Source: a virus
Lineage: Duplodnaviria; Caudoviricetes
DNA length: 64,000 nucleotides
Direction: 5' to 3' (one strand)
Virus record (IMG/VR): IMGVR_UViG_3300014205_000011
Span: 24,246-88,245 of that record
Shown piece after piece: positions 61,038-64,000 of the stretch. Made by a program: the position numbers and the translations under genes. Each line of letters begins with the position of its first letter. Position 1 is the first letter of the stretch. The notes below the pieces were generated by a model, which saw only the letters and a list, made by a program, of their open reading frames with translations, searched no databases and was not told the DNA's origin.

Positions 61038-62084
61038 ATGAACGTTAAAAATCTACATATCTCATTTAGGCTGGAACTTGACAAGATCAATTCCGGCCTT
61101 TATGATGATTTAATAGATGAAGAAGTAGATTACTACCTTAATAAAGCTCAAACAGAGTTTATTAAACAAAGATATAATCCTCCTTCTAATCAATACCAAA
61201 CAGGTTTTGAAATGAATGAGAAAAGAACTGTAGATTTAAAAAACCTACATGTTACTAACTATCAAGATACTGTATATTTAACAAACGAAATTAACAAATA
61301 CAGGTTTCAATTACCTAGTAATTTTATGTATTTTACTAGTGGTCAAGCAACTGTATACAATAGTTACTGTAATCAGATTACGTACACCACTGTCACTACA
61401 GAAAAAATATACTTTCAAATACCTGTACAGTTTAATAACCTTACTAATCAAAACTTTAATAACTTTAGAATAGCTATAAACACTACAAGTAATTTACTTT
61501 TTACACCTTTAACAGGATACCAATATCCAGAAGATGAAGAAAATTATCTTACTGCTATACAGAATCTACAATTACCAACAGGTTATAGAATAATGTATGA
61601 AGGGTTTTATACTATATATGAACAAAGTAACTTGTTTGTAGAAGTACCTACAGCTACTAATTTATTTATAACTTATGATGGAGGCACCAATTGGCAATCT
61701 GTTACAAGTAGTCAATTAACTTTACAAAATAGAGTAGGAGCAACATTAGGTACAAGAAAAGTAAGTCCTGTAAGAAGATGTGCAATAGATGATTTATATA
61801 TATTACTTAAAGATAGTTTTGCAACAACTACACCTGATTACCCTTTAACAATAGAACAAACTAACTTTATAGATAGTTATGGTAATAACTCCTTTATTAT
61901 AGAAAACTTTATAGCAAGCTATATTAGGATACCAAAATCTATTTCACTATCTTTGAATCAGACTAGCGAATTAGCACCACAAGTTCATCAAGAACTTATA
62001 GCTATGGCAGTTAATATGGCTCTAGAAGCTATTGAAAGTAAAAGATATGAGACTAACCAATTAGAACTCAAACGAGCAGAATAA
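61038..62084 (+). CDS. Head-tail connector/ring protein
   Basis: EEVDYYLNKAQ...GFEMNEKR; C-terminal SELAPQVHQELIAMAV. Confidence 0.7.
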   Translation: MNVKNLHISFRLELDKINSGLYDDLIDEEVDYYLNKAQTEFIKQRYNPPSNQYQTGFEMNEKRTVDLKNLHVTNYQDTVYLTNEINKYRFQLPSNFMYFTSGQATVYNSYCNQITYTTVTTEKIYFQIPVQFNNLTNQNFNNFRIAINTTSNLLFTPLTGYQYPEDEENYLTAIQNLQLPTGYRIMYEGFYTIYEQSNLFVEVPTATNLFITYDGGTNWQSVTSSQLTLQNRVGATLGTRKVSPVRRCAIDDLYILLKDSFATTTPDYPLTIEQTNFIDSYGNNSFIIENFIASYIRIPKSISLSLNQTSELAPQVHQELIAMAVNMALEAIESKRYETNQLELKRAE

Positions 62085-62107
62085 CTTAAACAAAAAAGAC
62101 AATAGTC

Positions 62108-63304
62108 ATGGATAAAATTCTAGTAGGTGCTAACACCGCAGTGGGATCTGCAACTAACCCAACAAATGTTCCTGATGGAGCAATTGCTATCTTCAATGCT
62201 GATACTAATGCGTTACTAGCACCTGGAGATACAATAACTGATGCTTCACAAATATATTTTGTGCAAGGCGTAGCAAGTGGTCTTAACCCAATTTTTACCA
62301 GCCCTATACAAGGTACTGGTGTGCAAGTATGGAAAGGACAATCTTACACAGCTCCTGTTAAACAAGTAACCAATATTGGTTATCTAGGTTCAGGTACACT
62401 AACTATTAATACTGTAAACAATGGTTCATATACTCTTATAGTAGATAACCTTAGTAAACAATATTTACCTTTTAACCCTAAGTCTGCTAACATAGTTGCA
62501 GATTCTACAGCTACAGCATATGAAATTGCTCAAGAGCTTGCTACTGAAATAAATGCAGCTCCTTTAGCTAGTCCTTATATATCAGATCCAAACAATTGGA
62601 TTGTAAAAGCTGAAGTACTTTGTTCACAAAGTTCAACTGCAATAGGTGGTGCTGAAACCCTAACTGTAACTAATGGTAGTCCAAATGTTACTAGTTCAGG
62701 TAGTTCACATGGTCTATTAGCAGGTGATGCTGTAAGAATAGGTTCTGCAACTGCAACTACTAGTCCAGTATATACTGTACTTAGTGTATCAGGTGCTGAT
62801 ATAGTATTAACAGGTAATTATGCAGGAGCAAGTGCTTCTGGTGTAGCTGCTGGTGAATTGGATGCTTTTCCTGATGCTTCAGATCTAGCTGGTATCAAAC
62901 TTACTGCACTTGCAGATGAAGTATACTTTAATGTAGGTCTTGAAGAAGATTTTGAAGATACTCAAGTAACTTATACTACTCCTTATACTCCTGGCTCAGG
63001 TACTTATGCTAAAGTAAGAGAATATGAAAAACAAACTAGGGGAGACTGGGGTTACCTAAACAGGGTAATACTACCTGTAGAACAAACTTACTATGCAGTA
63101 AGTGGTACTACTTATGACTTGTATTACATACAATCTGCTAGAAATATTATAGATAGAAGTATGCCAGTAAGAACATCTGATGTTATCAGTACACTTACCA
63201 TAGCTATACCTAGTACAGCAACAGCAGTTATAAACGCTTTTGAAGCAACAATTAATCCTTGGATGAACTCAACTCCTTCATCATTTCCATCAGTAAATTT
63301 ATAA
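62108..63304 (+). CDS. Structural (auxiliary capsid-like) protein with an inserted beta domain
   Basis: Ala/Thr/Gly/Ser-rich; PGSGTY...YDLYYI. Confidence 0.65.
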   Translation: MDKILVGANTAVGSATNPTNVPDGAIAIFNADTNALLAPGDTITDASQIYFVQGVASGLNPIFTSPIQGTGVQVWKGQSYTAPVKQVTNIGYLGSGTLTINTVNNGSYTLIVDNLSKQYLPFNPKSANIVADSTATAYEIAQELATEINAAPLASPYISDPNNWIVKAEVLCSQSSTAIGGAETLTVTNGSPNVTSSGSSHGLLAGDAVRIGSATATTSPVYTVLSVSGADIVLTGNYAGASASGVAAGELDAFPDASDLAGIKLTALADEVYFNVGLEEDFEDTQVTYTTPYTPGSGTYAKVREYEKQTRGDWGYLNRVILPVEQTYYAVSGTTYDLYYIQSARNIIDRSMPVRTSDVISTLTIAIPSTATAVINAFEATINPWMNSTPSSFPSVNL

Positions 63305-63308
63305 TACA

Positions 63309-63722
63309 ATGTCAGCTAAAAATATAACATCAAACACTTTTGTAGTACAAGCTAGGTTTAACACTATTACCGCAGCAGGTACATATACTTCAATTTCAAC
63401 TTTGCCAGTTCCAGTATTACCAGCAGGTGCAATAATCACCAAACTTGTAGTAAGGGAAAGGACAGCTCTAGCAGGCGGAACTAGCTACCAATTTGTAGTT
63501 GATTCTATTGCAGGTACAGCAGATACTAACTTAACAGGTGCAGTATTACTAGCTACTTTTACAGGTCTAAACAATCTTATGGGGGTAGCGTCAACTGGTG
63601 TAGAAGCTACTATGACTAGTACAACTGCTGTAGCAGAAACTGGAATACTTAAATTAGTTACTGTAGGTGTTACCTCAGCAGGTGATATTGATGTAATTGT
63701 AGAATTTTCTATAGCTCCCTAA
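63309..63722 (+). CDS. Small beta-rich structural protein
   Basis: LPAGAIITKL...AGDIDVIVEF. Confidence 0.6.
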   Translation: MSAKNITSNTFVVQARFNTITAAGTYTSISTLPVPVLPAGAIITKLVVRERTALAGGTSYQFVVDSIAGTADTNLTGAVLLATFTGLNNLMGVASTGVEATMTSTTAVAETGILKLVTVGVTSAGDIDVIVEFSIAP

Positions 63723-63751
63723 TGCCTCTTTTCTCTCTTTCCTATAGTCTT

Positions 63752-63777
63752 GGGTGAGCTAAACACTCACCCTTTTT
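63752..63777 (+). terminator. Intrinsic terminator
   Basis: GGGTGAG/CTCACCC followed by TTTTT. Confidence 0.8.
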
Positions 63778-63791
63778 AATTTAAAAACATA

Positions 63792-64000
63792 ATGCAAGCG
63801 AAACAAAGACGCATACCTAAACAAACAGACACTATAAACTTTACTAATAAAGGTTTAGAGTTTTATGCTACTATAGAAGAAATAGGTGATGTAATAAGTA
63901 GTCCAACCCTTAACGAAGTACTTACAGCAGGGAATACGTCTGCTTTAGATATAAACGTAGGGGACATAACCTCTACAAATATTTTAGGGGGCGGTTATAC
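63792..64000 (+). CDS. Probable tail fibre protein, truncated by the window end
   Basis: Manual translation includes PTLNEVLTAGNTS, a fibre-type motif. Confidence 0.55.
   Translation, partial: MQAKQRRIPKQTDTINFTNKGLEFYATIEEIGDVISSPTLNEVLTAGNTSALDINVGDITSTNILGGGY

Noticed and set aside
955-63309. Many short opposite-strand ORFs in the track (e.g. 955-1149, 9704-10051, 23256-23657, 54206-54520, 58816-59142)
   Set aside because: Nested antisense within well-supported genes, with the Phe/Ser/Leu bias of shadow frames
1-64000. Stop-codon reassignment (TAG or TGA), known in some crAss-like phages
   Set aside because: RNAP, terminase, portal, capsid and polymerase exons are intact in the standard code, and TAG and TGA serve as real stops
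1-64000. CRISPR array, diversity-generating retroelement, integrase or inteins
   Set aside because: No regularly spaced repeats, reverse transcriptase, recombinase or intein motifs seen by eye

Overview
Very AT-rich, densely coded fragment of a crAss-like (Crassvirales-type) phage of a Bacteroidota host, read in the standard genetic code. It has three blocks. (1) 1-7062, + strand: the C-terminal part of the giant virion RNA polymerase (DFDID motif) and a second large ejection protein. (2) 7049-48489, - strand: the early/replication arm, with primase, DnaB-like and SF2 helicases, an SSB-like protein, an AAA ATPase, RusA, a family B DNA polymerase split by a 930-nt group I intron carrying a GIY-YIG nuclease, an RNA ligase, a metallophosphoesterase, a dNMP kinase, and tRNA or tRNA-like genes. 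(3) 48800-64000, + strand: the late arm, with RepL-like, GroES-like and HU-like genes, terminase, portal, scaffold, major capsid and structural genes. Four features stand out: a complete phage-encoded ubiquitin-like conjugation operon (Ubl, E2, JAB, E1); about 29 dispersed microproteins sharing an [N/S]-L-F-[L/I]-P motif; a circularly permuted tRNA-Val-like gene broken in the anticodon loop, among several non-canonical tRNA-like elements; and a 6S-RNA-like rod. All family assignments come from motifs recognised by eye; no database searches or folding programs were run.
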